From assembly GCF_046119375.1 (NCBI RefSeq), contig NW_027362765.1, positions 114,452,001-114,516,000 of the forward strand: DNA of 64,000 nt. Reading direction: 5' to 3'. Source of the stretch: Phyllobates terribilis (lineage: Eukaryota). The notes beneath the pieces are model-generated. The model made no database searches. It had not been told where the DNA came from and worked only from the letters and a program-made list of their open reading frames with translations. Both the position numbers and the translations under genes were made by a program. Below, piece after piece: positions 11,938 through 23,960 of the stretch (positions are counted from its first letter, which is position 1; each line of letters opens with the position of its first letter).

Positions 11938-14900
11938 TGGTGATTGAGATAGGTGGCTTTCTTTTTACCACTCCCCTTATCCTCTGCCTCAGAAGAGGAA
12001 TCCTTCCGCCTCTTTAGCGATACAGAGGTGTCCATTCCCACATTTTTCCTTCTTTTCTTGTCCTCGTCTCCGGACTCAGGGCCAGTCCCTCCCCCCAAGG
12101 ACCTTGCATCCCCAGGAGAAGGAGACTCGGCGCCCCTGGTAAGCTCCGCCGAATCCAGAACCTCACCCTCGGCCTCCTCCTCAGAGGAAGTGATGTTCTC
12201 AAGGACTTGGAACCAGTTAGAAAGACCAACCAGAGGGGAGTCTGTTTTACCTTCCTTAGGTATCTTGGTCAAAGCGGGAGAAGATGTTTTATCTCCCTTC
12301 TTTCTCTTCTTTTTGGTGCCGAGCTTACACTTGTCCTCTAGCCACCACTTATTATCCTCATCCATACTTTCATAATGGGAGGATTATGAGGCAGAGGCAG
12401 TTTCCTCCCTGTGGATCCTCCTGACCTCCTCATCCAACTCATCATCCCTTGGGGCCTCAGCAGCAAGACTGGCATCCAGGACAGGGGCTGTCCCAGTAGC
12501 CCGGGGCTCGTCCCGCTCCCTCTCCTGTCTGCGCTTGTCTGGACGCCTCAGCTGGGCAGGCGTCTTTTTATTGCTTTTCTTCCCTGGCCCCTCAGCTCCC
12601 CCACCCCTGCTAGTCTCCTCCCCAGCAGAATCGGCCTCACGGCTTTCTTCCACCGGGGTCTCGACCGCATTAGCGAAGGAGCGAGGACAACGGCTGAATG
12701 GGTGACCTAACTCACCACACAAGTGGCGCCTAATCTGTACACAAGATGCAGCAAGATGGCCAACACCCCCCACACAACGCACATTTCTGCACAGTCCAGT
12801 TTGAACTGAAGTGTGTGAGGTCGCTGCACTTGTGACAGAGCTTTGGTTGCCTTGGTAGAAGACCAGGATACGATCCCTACCAAGGAATGCAGATGATGGA
12901 ATGTGGGCAACCGTACCACCTGAACACTTAAGTTTTACCATAAATCTCCAGGCCCCTGACCAGATAGCAAACTCATTGTGGTTTTTCTTTGGCATCTCCA
13001 CCACCTCTCCATACCGACCAAGCCACGTCATGATGTCATAACAAGAAAGCGTCATCATGGTCAATTTCTTGATTTGGTTTTGGCAAGACACTGCCAGAAC
13101 GGCAAAGTTTCGCCAGCCGGGCTCATTTTTTGCCAACTCATAATTCAACCAGAAGAGCTCAAGCCCCTCCGGCCAAACAAAGCTGACATCAAACTCAGGC
13201 ATGGAATAGGGATGTATCAAGTCATAGATGTCAATCGCCTTGAAGCCCATCCTCAGCTGGAGCACCACAAATTTAGACCTTGGAGGACATGCATCACTGC
13301 CCCTCCACCCAAGACGGACCACATTCCTACGCACACTGCCTGGCCCGGCTGTTGGGAGGGACCACACTGTATCCCCCCCTTTTTGCTCTCGGAAGGCCCC
13401 AAGGCCATACTTCTCTATCCAGAAGGATAGATCAACCTCTCGACCCTCTACCATTAGTGATCTCTCTCCCTTCTTTAGAGCCTCCAGAAGGCGCCGTTGC
13501 AACATGCCATCCCCAGAGCCCGGAGACGAAGAGGAGGAAGATGCCCTATTTGCCCCGGAGGTGAAACTGGCATAACTCTGGACAGGCGTTGCCATCACCG
13601 GGGGGACTACCGGACCAGTGACTACATCAGCCTCAACAGCATCACCATTACCCACTTCCATCTTACCCTCCACCAAACCAGCAACCACACCACTAGACAA
13701 TGAATTGGCCTCATTCACACCCACCACCACATTCACTCCTGCTGGACCAGTAACAACGGTGGATGACATTTTGACCTCAGCATCATCAGGCACAAGGAGC
13801 TCAGTCACCTCCATAGAACTGGAGGCGACCTCACCCCTGGTCTTATGTGTGACTTCCACATCATCATTCGGTAATTTCCGCTGTTTTACATTTGTAGCGA
13901 TGCGCCGCTGATCCTTAGCTGTTGTGAGGCACCACTGATCTTTAGCATCAGGATCTTCCTGACTAGCGGAGCCAACACAAAATAACACTTTGGTAGAAGG
14001 ACTGGAACGCTCAGCCCCGGCAGCCCCCTCACACTGCCGCCGCTCCTCAACTAAGAGCTCCTCAGCAGCAACAGCATTCAGAGGTGCCGAGGCTACCGGA
14101 GCTGCCCCCGACACCGGGCTGCTCCCCCCTCCCACTGAGGAGCGCACCACAGCATCGTAGCCTGACCGAACACCCGCCGCCGGGCTACCCTCACTGTCCA
14201 GCCTCTCGGCTGATGCACCTCCGGCTACGTCTCCGCTACTAGAAGCAGAGACGGAGCTCTGCGCCTCACTACCTCGCTTTGTAATCTCCCCGCGCCTTTG
14301 CACCGGATCCACAGCAGAACCCGGGCTGGGCTGGGCAACGAGGCTTATACAGTGAGCTGAGCCTGCCGCCAACTCAGGGGTACAGGGAGGGGGGCATATA
14401 CGTATCTTACCGCTTCCTGCAGCTTTGGCTTGGTCTTTTTAGCCTTTTTCTGTCCGCCAGGTGCCTCTTCTGGTGGATCGTCACCAAGATGGAAGTTTTG
14501 GAGGCACACTGGGGACTCCAGGAGCTTTATTTCTGCCATTAGCGCCCCTCCCTGGCCGCTGCTGTCACTGTCCTCCCCAGAGCCGGCAGAACTTCGACCG
14601 GATGTCATTGTCGCCTGTCCTACAGGGAGCTCGCTGCATGTGGCCTGCACGTGACTTTGCAGGCTGCCAGGTGGGGCTTTCTACTGGTCATCATCACTCT
14701 CATCAACCATCTGGCTCTCAGGCTGCAGCCCCATCTGCCTTTGCTTTCTATTATCTCTTTGAATCGGTCTTCATTTATCAGTTTTTCCTTAAAATGACCA
14801 CACTGCTCTCTGATGACAGCTTTCCTTAGTTCAAGCACATTAATTTCACTTGTGAGCCTCTTTACCTCCGCCTGGAGTTTAGTCTTCCTCGGACTGGAGG

Positions 14901-15320
14901 CACCCGGAGCTTTGGCGCTTGTGCAGTGCAGCTCCTCCCGAAGCCTCCTGATGAGTTACTTGCATCTTCATACTCACAGAGGTGGATCATGACCCAGGAG
15001 GCATAGGTGGACACAGACTCCCGGGGACTTTGCAGTGCCCAACCCTCCTCAGTGTGGTCGGCCTCACCTCCGTGAGCACTCAGCTTTCCTCCGGAAGGAG
15101 CGTCATCATGCACGCTGTCTGACTTACCCTCCATGTTGTAAGCCTTGCGGCTTTTCTGTGTCTCCACTGACCCGGGGGGAGTAGGAGCCACATTGCTGCG
15201 ACTCCTGGTGGAACGTCTCACCCCTGAGTCCTCCGATGTGCAGGCCGGTTTCTGGTTTCTCCTGGTCCCCGCCGGCCTGGTTCAGGGAACAGAAGCCTGA
15301 GACTTGTCTCCATCACTCAT
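11934..15320 (-). pseudogene. Tx1 ORF1 (RRM-like plus zinc knuckles, ZCCHC3-like core), disrupted
   Basis: The 662-aa ORF 12384-14372 has DIYDLIHP..PEFDVSF, DIMTWLGRYG, IWSGAW and LCGELGHPFSRCP. The acidic/basic tail is in ORF 11934-12365. A candidate start ATG AGT GAT GGA lies at 15320. Confidence 0.8.
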
Positions 15321-15462
15321 CCCAGGAAACCCACTCCCCCCTTGGGTAGGAGAGAGAGCAGGTCCCCAGGTGGAGAGGTGTTGGTTCTCTGGAGCTCAGG
15401 AGCACACAGCAGGTTCTGCAGCCACCACACACACACAATCACCACAGTGAGCAACAGCTGAT

Positions 15463-15570
15463 CAGAGCTGCACTCACTATTCTGCTGGTGGAGTCACTGT
15501 GTACATCCATTACATTACTTATATTACACTGATATTGTGTATACTTCAGAGCAGCGCTCACTATACAGCT
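15463..15570 (+). repeat. Continuation of the 97-bp unit, right flank of the LINE
   Basis: cagagctgcactcactattctgctggtggagtcactgtgtacat matches 581-624, then decays. Confidence 0.8.
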
Positions 15571-15919
15571 GACTCAGTCTTTCCTGAGGTTCTAGTTTAC
15601 CACTTATAATCCCTCAATCAGGTCGCGCCCTTGTGCTCACAGTGACGATCTCTCACATTTACATTACTGTTCCTGATGTGGAATCTCTGATTACAGCCCA
15701 GTAAAAATAATTTGCCCTTCAAAGAAAATGAATATTAATTAGAACAGAAGCTGCGTAACCTCGTCAATTACCTGCAATGTAAATCAGGATGTAATTAACA
15801 TCATATAACGAGGGGCAGGGGCATTGGGAATCAGTGACTGGGAGAAGGTGAGGGCAAAACCTCAAGAACATCAATAGCTGCTCGTGTAATCTGGTCATCA
15901 GGGGTTTTTGTTTGAGAAT

Positions 15920-16635
15920 GATTCCATAGCAGCACAGAGTATTTCAGGAGGGAATTTACAAAGCATTACATACTGCAGAGTCTCCCCTTAGGAGAGGAGT
16001 GGGATGATCTTGTGAAAGGTCATCCACTTCTTGTTACTTAGTGGAACAATGCCCCCAGCAGCACAGAGTATTTCAGGAGAGTATAGGATCTTTGGAAAGG
16101 TCACGCACTCAATTTTTGGAAAGTGGAGCATTGCCTCCAGCAGTGCAGAGTATTTCAGAAGAGGACTAAACTAGTCTTGTTAGATGTCAAAGACTGAGAG
16201 AAGATGCAGTCTCTCCAAGCAGCACAGATTATTTCAGCTGAGAAGTATTTGCAGACTGAGAGTTAAATAAGGCAGGGTGCGGGGAAGAGGATGTCCCTCT
16301 GAAAAACCAAGTATTTCAGGAGAGGAGTTTGCTAATCTTGTGAGGGTTATATAGGGAAACAATGTCCACCAGCAGCACAGATGATTTCAGGAGCAACATG
16401 CTCATCTCATGGAAGGTCAGAGGCTGAGAGGTGCAGAAAGGAGGGTTTCTCAGCAACACAGATTATTTCAGGAAAAAAGTATGCTGATTTTGTGGGAGCT
16501 CACAGACTGGGAGTTTCATAATGCAGGGTATCGCAGCAGCACAGAGGATGTCAGGAGGGGAGTGTTCTGATTTTTTTGCAAGGTCACATGGTGCAAGTTT
16601 TCTGCTGCAGCACAGAGGATTTCAGAAGCAGAAAC
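15920..16635 (+). repeat. Old degenerate tandem array, period about 71-83 bp
   Basis: The core cagcagcacagagtatttcagga recurs, with tttcag (tgtcag at 16549) at about 15942, 16071, 16153, 16232, 16314, 16385, 16466, 16549 and 16620. Confidence 0.75.
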
Positions 16636-17229
16636 ACCAACAGCAGTATTGCTTTAAATTTTAGCAATTTACTGGAGACCTGTACTACATATTAATCCCT
16701 CATTACCCTGCACTAACAAAACTTTCCTCCTGTAGGGAGAAGCAGCAGTAAATGAGGCCATTTCAGCACTGCCGGGTAATTTCTGATGCATGGAGGGTAA
16801 AGCGGCAGCAGCTGCTCGGCCATTATCTGCACTTATTATGAGTCCGGGACCGAGTTTTGTTTTATTTATGCCGGGTGGATTTATGGAGCGTCTTATATTA
16901 TGTGTCCATATTAATTCACGGTTATAGGACGAGCGTCTGCATCTGATGTGTTTATCTGAGGCCCGAACACCACGAGCGGCGACAATTACCCAGCGGCCGC
17001 ACCATATGGTGATGTGCTCGCTGCACATCAGACTGGGAGAAGCAGATGATGTTATCCCATCCTTGGAAAGCTGGGTGCCAACCACACAGATTAATACCTA
17101 GACGTAGCATGAAAGTCCCCAGTTCTGTAACTGGTGTGGATGGACAAGTCCAGTTATCCTTGTAACCAATGAGAATCCCAGATATCTGTACCCCAGTACA
17201 GCTGCCTCATCACTCAGATTTCACACCAT

Positions 17230-20200
17230 TCTGAAAGGCATGGGTACTGTGGATGTGATCAGAAGAGGGGGCACTGTGGATGCGATGGGGGCACTGTGAA
17301 TGTGATGGGGGTACTGTGGATGTGATCAGAAGAGGGGGCACTGTGGATGTGATGAGGGCACTGTGGATGTGATGGGGACACTGTGGATGTGATGGGGACA
17401 CTGGATGTAATGGGGACACTGTGGATGTGATGGGGGCATTGTGGATGTGATGGGGGTACTGTGGATGTGATCAGAAGAGGGGGCACTGTGGATGTGATGG
17501 GGGCACTGTGAATGTGATGGGGGTACTGTGGATGTGATCAGAAGAGGGGGCACTGTGGATGTGATGGGGGCACTGTGGATGTGATGGGGGCACTGTGGAT
17601 GTGATCAGAAGAGGGGGCACTGTGGATGCGATGGGGGCACTGTGAATGTGATGGGGGTACTGTGGATGTGATCAGAAGAGGGGGCACTGTGGATGTGATG
17701 AGGGCACTGTGGATGTGATGGGGACACTGTGGATGTGATGGGGACACTGGATGTAATGGGGACACTGTGGATGTGATGGGGGCATTGTGGATGTGATGGG
17801 GGTACTGTGGATGTGATCAGAAGAGGGGGCACTGTGGATGTGATGGGGGCACTGTGAATGTGATGGGGGTACTGTGGATGTGATCAGAAGAGGGGGCACT
17901 GTGGATGTGATGGGGGCACTGTGGATGTGATGGGGGCACTGTGGATGTGATCAGAAGAGGGGGCACTGTGGATGTGATGGGGGCACTGTGAATGTGATGG
18001 GGTACTGTGGATGTGATCAGAAGAGGGGGCACTGTGGATGTGATGGGGGCACTGTGAATGTGATGGGGGTACTGTGGATGTGATCAGAAGAGGGGGCACT
18101 GTGGATGTGATGAGGGCACTGTGGATGTGATGGGGACACTGTGGATGTGATGGGGACACTGGATGTAATGGGGACACTGTGGATGTGATGGGGGCATTGT
18201 GGATGTGATGGGGGTACTGTGGATGTGATCAGAAGAGGGGGCACTGTGGATGTGATGGGGGCACTGTGAATGTGATGGGGTACTGTGGATGTGATCAGAA
18301 GAGGGGGCACTGTGGATGTGATGGGGCAGTGTGAATGTGATGGGGGTACTGTGGATGTGATCAGAAGGGGGGGCACTGTGGATGTGATGAGGGCACTGTG
18401 GATGTGATGGGGACACTGTGGATGTGATGGGGACACTGTGGATGTGATGGGGACACTGTGGATGTGATGGGGTACTGTGGATGTGATCAGAAGAGGGGGC
18501 ACTGTGGATGTGATGAGGGCACTGTGAATGTGATGGGGGCACTGTGGATGTGATCAGAAGAGGGGGCACTGTGGATGTGATGGGGGCACTGTGAATGTGA
18601 TAGGGGTACTGTGGATGTGATCAGAAGAGGGGGCACTGCGGATGTGATGGGGGCACTGTGAATGTGATGGGGGTACTGTGGATGTGATCAGAAGAGGGGG
18701 CACTGTGGATGTGATGGGGCACTGTGAATGTGATGGGGGTACTGTGGATGTGATCAGAAGAGGGGGCACTGTGGATGTGATGAGGGCACTGTGGATGTGA
18801 TGGGGACACTGTGGATGTGATGGGGGCATTGTGGATGTGATGGGGTACTGTGGATGTGATCAGAAGAGGGGGCACTGTGGATGTGATGGGGGCACTGTGA
18901 ATGTGATGGGGGCACTGTGGATGTGATCAGAAGAGGGGGCACTGTGGATGTGATGGGGGCACTGTGAATGTGATAGGGGTACTGTGGATGTGATCAGAAG
19001 AGGGGGCACTGTGGATGTGATGGGGGCACTGTGAATGTGATGGGGGTACTGTGGATGTGATCAGAAGAGGGGGCACTGTGGATGTGATGGGGGCACTGTG
19101 AATGTGATGGGGGCACTGTGGATGTGATCAGAAGAGGGGGCACTGTGGATGTGATGGGGGCACTGTGAATGTGATTGGGGGTACTGTGGATGTGATCAGA
19201 AGAGGGGGCACTGTGGATGTGATGGGGACACTGTGGATATGATGGGGACACTGGATGTATTGGGGACACTGTGGATGTGATGGGGCACTGTGGATGTGAT
19301 GAGGACACTGGGTGCGATGAGGACACTGGGTGTGATGGGGGCACTGTGGATGTGATGGGGCACTGTGGAAGTGATGGGGACACTGTGGATTTGATGGGGG
19401 CACTGTGGATGTGATGAGGACACTGGGTGTGATGAGGACACTGCGTGTGATGGGGGCACTGTGGATTTGATGGGGGCACTGTGGATGTGATGGGGCACTG
19501 TGGATGTGATGGGGCACTGTGGATGTGATGGGGACACTGTGGATGTGATGGGGACACTGGATGTGATGGGGGCATTGTGGATGTGATGGGGCACTGTGGA
19601 AGTGATGGGGCACTGTGGAAGTGATGGGGCACTGTGGAAGTGATGGGGACACTGTGGAAGTGATGGGGACACTGTGGATGTGATGAGGACACTGGGTGCG
19701 ATGAGGACACTGGGTGTGATGGGGGCACTGTGGATGTGATGGGGCACTGTGGAAGTGATGGGGACACTGTGGAAGTGATGGGGACGCTGTGGAAGTGATG
19801 GGGACGCTGTGGATGTGATGGGGACACTGTGGATGTGATGGGGACACTGTGGATTTGATGGGGACACTGTGGATTTGATGGGGGCACTGTGGATGTGATG
19901 AGGACACTGGGTGTGATGAGGACACTGCGGATGTGATGGGGGTACTGTGGATGTGATGGGTGTACTGTGGATGTGATGGGAGTACTGTGGGTGTGATGGG
20001 GCACTGTGAGTGTGGTGAGGACAGTGTGGGTGTGATGGGGTCACAGTGGATGTGATGAGGCACTGGGTGTGATGTTAGTACTGTGAATGTGATGAGGTCA
20101 ATGGATGTAACATTGGCACCATGGATGTGATGGGGCATTGTAGATGGGATGAGGGTACTGTGGATCTGATGAGAGCACTATGGGCATAAAGGGGGAAATG

Positions 20201-20325
20201 TGGATGTGAGGAGGGCACTGCGGATGTGAAGGGGGTACTTTGGATGTGAGGACGGCACTGTGGATGTTGGTAGGGCATTGCGGATGTGATGGGTGTACTG
20301 TGGATGTGATAAGGGCACTGTCGGT
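17230..20325. repeat. Minisatellite (ggcactgtggatgtgatg(g)n, about 20-27-bp units) with a 346-bp higher-order period
   Basis: Units are directly visible. Identical translated blocks occur at 17259/17605 and 17326/17672. The array degenerates towards 20300. Confidence 0.95.
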
Positions 20326-20970
20326 GTGAGGGGAGCACACTTCCCATCCTCCTCTTCCCCGGCAGGGACGCCAAGTCACTTGCCGCATACATCCTATTCC
20401 TGCTGCTGCTTCTCGGGGTCTGCATATGCCTGGCAGAGTCGCAGGCACTGTCCTTAGGGTGCGCGCTCGCTCCCGTCTCTTAAAGAGCCCCAGGCCAATG
20501 GCTGGGAGACACTTATTATCTAAGGCACCTACACCTGTTGGAGGTGCCTGTGCAAAATATTCACTCTGTTTTCATGCTTACTAGTTCTCAGGTCCCCTAT
20601 CCTAGTTTACCTTCCAGTACCTGCCTATGCCTGCCTGTATACCAGCCGTGGCGGCATGTATACCAACCGCACCTGCCTTGCCCGCCTGTATACCAGTTGT
20701 ACCTACCTGCACCTGCTGTAAACGCCTGTATATCAGCCATACCTGCCTGCACCTGCCTTGCCTGTACCTGCTGAGCTTTCCCTTTCTAGTCCATTCCAGC
20801 TCCCTGCCCTTGTGTGTCAGAGGTCTGTCCTGAAGTAGCACCTGGGGTTCATCTGGAGCCAAGTTTAACCCCACCATCAGGGGCTTTAGAGAAGAATGAG
20901 GTGTCTAGTCACGCCCCTCCAGGCTCTCCTTGGTCCACGACACAGTGGTTCCACCACCATTCCTGTTACA
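20325..20970 (+). mobile_element. LTR-like fragment (probable Gypsy solo LTR)
   Basis: Promoter-like core (gcgcgc, cttaaag, ccaat), internal cctgcctgtatacc repeats and a ...tgttaca end. No TSD found. Confidence 0.4.
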
Positions 20971-20977
20971 GCTTACC

Positions 20978-21306
20978 TGTGTCACATTATAAACCCTATC
21001 AGCTCTGCTCCTCTCCTAGCTCTGCTGTACTGCATCTCACCCCACTCTGCCTGTCTAGAGTTATGTCAGTAATCACACTATGTCTGCTGTGCTTACAGTA
21101 ACTTGTGCTCACTCTGCCTGCCTGTTCTGGGCTCATCCTGTCTAAGATGTAATAACAGCCTGCTCTGATCTCACTGCAGAGCACAGCAGACATAAGTGTG
21201 ATTACTGACACATCTCTGGTGAGGGAGTGGTGGGGAGGTGCAGTACAGCAGAGCTGACTAGGCTATAAGAGGAAGAGCGCTGATAAAAGGGTTTGTAATG
21301 TGACAC
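20978..21306. mobile_element. Long imperfect palindrome (hairpin MITE-like)
   Basis: Three nested inverted arm pairs, e.g. tgtcagtaatcacactatgtctgctgtgct / agcacagcagacataagtgtgattactgaca. Confidence 0.7.
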
Positions 21307-21591
21307 AGCTAAACTCAGCGACACTGTCCCCTCTCCCCACAGGGACCTTATCTGAAAGGTACGTGTCATCTGTGCTTTAATCTCCCAATACTTTCTAATC
21401 ATACAAGAGGTTAGACCAGATCAGAACTGTATCTTTACATCTCAAACACTGAGAATCCTAAACTATGATGGAGGCATGTTCTTCTTGCTCCAGTGAGTTG
21501 CTGTTTGCTTATGATTGGTCAGCATCATACAGGTAGAAGTACCTGCCCCCAGTGCAAACTATCTGATCACACGCACTTGGACTTAACTAAC

Positions 21592-22033
21592 TTAAAGGGA
21601 ACCTGTCACCATAAAAAATGCTATTAACCTGCAACTATGGGGTTAATTTACAGGTAAAGTATTACTAACCTAGGCGCACCTGCACTTAGCTGAATGCTGT
21701 AGGGAGAAAATAAACTTTATTCCCCCGGAAGCGTTCGAGTTTCAGTCATGGGGGCTGCACCGGTTCACTCACCGCTCTAAGTATACAGAGCGGTGGCTGT
21801 AACCTGCCCGGGGGCACGGTTACCGCCGCCACGCTCTATACTCAAGAGTGGTGACTGAACCGGTGCCGACCCCATGACTGAAACTGAATGCTGCTGGAGG
21901 GTATGAAGTTCATTTTCTCTCCGCAGCGTTCGGCTAATTGTAGGCACCTGGCAAGTTAGTAACGCTATTAACCTGCAGATTAACCCCATATCTGCATGTT
22001 AATAGCGTTTTTCTGGTGACAGGTTCCCTTCAA
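21592..22033. mobile_element. T2/Kolobok-type MITE
   Basis: ttaaagggaacctgtcacc ... ggtgacaggttcccttcaa termini. Confidence 0.75.
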
Positions 22034-22991
22034 ATACACCTTCCCACCTACTAGTTTTCCCTCTACTTCCACCACCTCTTCTTTAATTGGCAGCTTTGGC
22101 TTCATAGGGCCAGAGAATGGCGGAGATAGATTGAAAACAAGCAGGTGAGAAGGTGTAGTTAAATGATTGGCCCCGCCGTGAAGCACCAAGGGCCTGTACT
22201 TGGTTTGAACAGTCATTGTGCTCACAGAGTACCTTTAATTCACTGCTACAGGTAAAAATACAGTTGGTGCAGAGAGGACGTCCCCTGAGAATACAGGCAT
22301 TGTACCTTGATAAACAGCTCCTCCTCCCACACACAGTATGATGTCCCCCCCAATTGGCAACACAGTATGATGGCCCCACACATGGTTTGATGATCATCAC
22401 AGCCCCCACCCCACATGGAATGATGGCCTCCCCATATCTATTCACAGATAGTATGATTGCCCCCACAGACAGTAATGATGGTCATCAAAGGCCTCCACAC
22501 GGTATGGTGGTCCTTAGCCAGCCACAAATGGTGTGACTGTCCTCACAGCACCCCACACATAGTATAATGGTTCTCAATGGCCCCCTATACACAGTATGAA
22601 CCCCCCTCCATACACATATTGAAAAAAAATACTCACCTTGCTCCTGCTCCCCTGGCACTCCGCTCTTTGCCGTGTGCTCTGAGGCTCTGCACAGCAGATG
22701 TGAGGTAGTGATGTCATTGCGTCTGCTGTCACAGCTGCACACGCTGAACGGTGGAAGAAGGAGCCGGTGGATCTATCCTCCATCATTATATTCACCGCTA
22801 CCTGCATCTTGAGGATGCAGATAGTGGTTAAGTTATGACGCAAGGCATGGGGGGGGTCCACATGATGCAGCATCTGGGCCACTGTTTTCAACCCTATGGC
22901 TGCCACGATCCACAAGCCGGACAGATACAGCCTGAGGGCTGGATGTGGCCCACGTGCCTCACTTTACACAAATCTGATGTAGACCCATCTA

Positions 22992-23615
22992 CAGTTGTGC
23001 TCAAAAGTTTACATACCCCCCCATGGTTCTTGGTTGAGTGAAGCCATTTATTGTCAAACTACTGTTTTCTCTTTTTAAATCTTAATGACAACCAAAAACA
23101 TCCAAATGACCCTGAGCAAAAGTTCACATACCCCGGTTCTTAATACCATGTCTTGCCCCCTCTAACACCAATGACAGCTTGAAGTCTTTTGTGGTAGTTG
23201 TGGATGAGGTTCTTTATTTTCTCAGATGGTAAAGCTGCCCATTCTTCTTGGCGAAAAAGCCTCCAGTTCCTGTAAATTCCTGGGCTGTCTAGCATGAACT
23301 GTGTGCTTGAGATCTCCCCAGAGTGGCTCAATGATATTGAGGTCAGGAGACTGAGATGTCCACTCCAGAACCTTCACTTTGCTCTGCTGTAGCCAATGAC
23401 AGGTCAACTTGGCTTTGTGTTTTGGATCGTTGTCATGTTGGAACGTCCAAGTACGTCCCATGTGCAGCTTTTGAGACAAGTTTGACAATAAATGACTTCA
23501 CCTAACCAATAACCATGAGTGGAGAAAAAGTTTTTTGGTTATCATTCATATTCTCTGAAATAAGGCCAAGAAAGGAAAAATTCTGTTAGGGTATGTAAAC
23601 TTTTGAGCACAACTG
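22992..23615 (-). mobile_element. Internally deleted Tc1 (624 bp) with both TIRs and TA TSD
   Basis: TA|cagttgtgctcaaaagtttacatacc ... ggtatgtaaacttttgagcacaactg|TA. A transposase C-terminal remnant ([17 protein letters not shown]) lies at 23140-23488 on the minus strand. Confidence 0.9.
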
Positions 23616-23744
23616 TATGTACTACAGATTTGCTGCAAATAATGTCCTCCTCCTAGGCTAGCAAAGCTCTTCAAAATTGCATTTTTACCCCGTATAGAAC
23701 AAAATAATTATACTCACCAGGGGCATACATAGTCATGGGGCTCC

Positions 23745-23960
23745 ATAGAAGAAGTATAATGCACCCCCCATAGTCCTCCATATAATATACTGCACAGATC
23801 ATAGTCATCCATAGTAGTAAAATGCACCCCCATAGTCATCCATAGTAGTAAAATGCACCCCCATAGACATCCATAGTAGTAAAATGCACCCCCATAGACA
23901 TCCATAGTAGTAAAATGCACCCCCATAGCCATCCATAGTAGTAAAATGCACCCCCATAGT
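23745..23960. repeat. About 29-bp tandem repeat (catccatagtagtaaaatgcacccccatag)
   Basis: About five near-identical copies at 23808-23958, plus a degenerate copy upstream. Confidence 0.85.

Larger units (their letters stand above)
670..15462 (-). mobile_element. Near full-length Tx1-clade (L1 superfamily) non-LTR retrotransposon, decayed and interrupted by LTR elements at about 3597-10922
   Basis: On the minus strand: 5'UTR, zinc-knuckle ORF1, ORF2 with APE endonuclease, RT (YADD) and C-terminal HFLLRC, then an A/T-rich 3'UTR with AATAAA just before the 670 junction. Confidence 0.9.

Noticed and set aside
15920-16635. CRISPR-like repeat-spacer appearance
   Set aside because: Vertebrate context, no cas genes, cores are degenerate and non-palindromic, and spacers retain mutual similarity.
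16669-17085. 138-aa minus-strand ORF
   Set aside because: No recognisable domain and no partner exons. It could hide a small exon but I cannot support one.
17210-20448. His/Pro/Cys-rich ORFs (SHPQCPHHIHS repeats) resembling metal-binding proteins
   Set aside because: Stop-poor translations of the minisatellite in multiple frames, with no unique domain or splice context.
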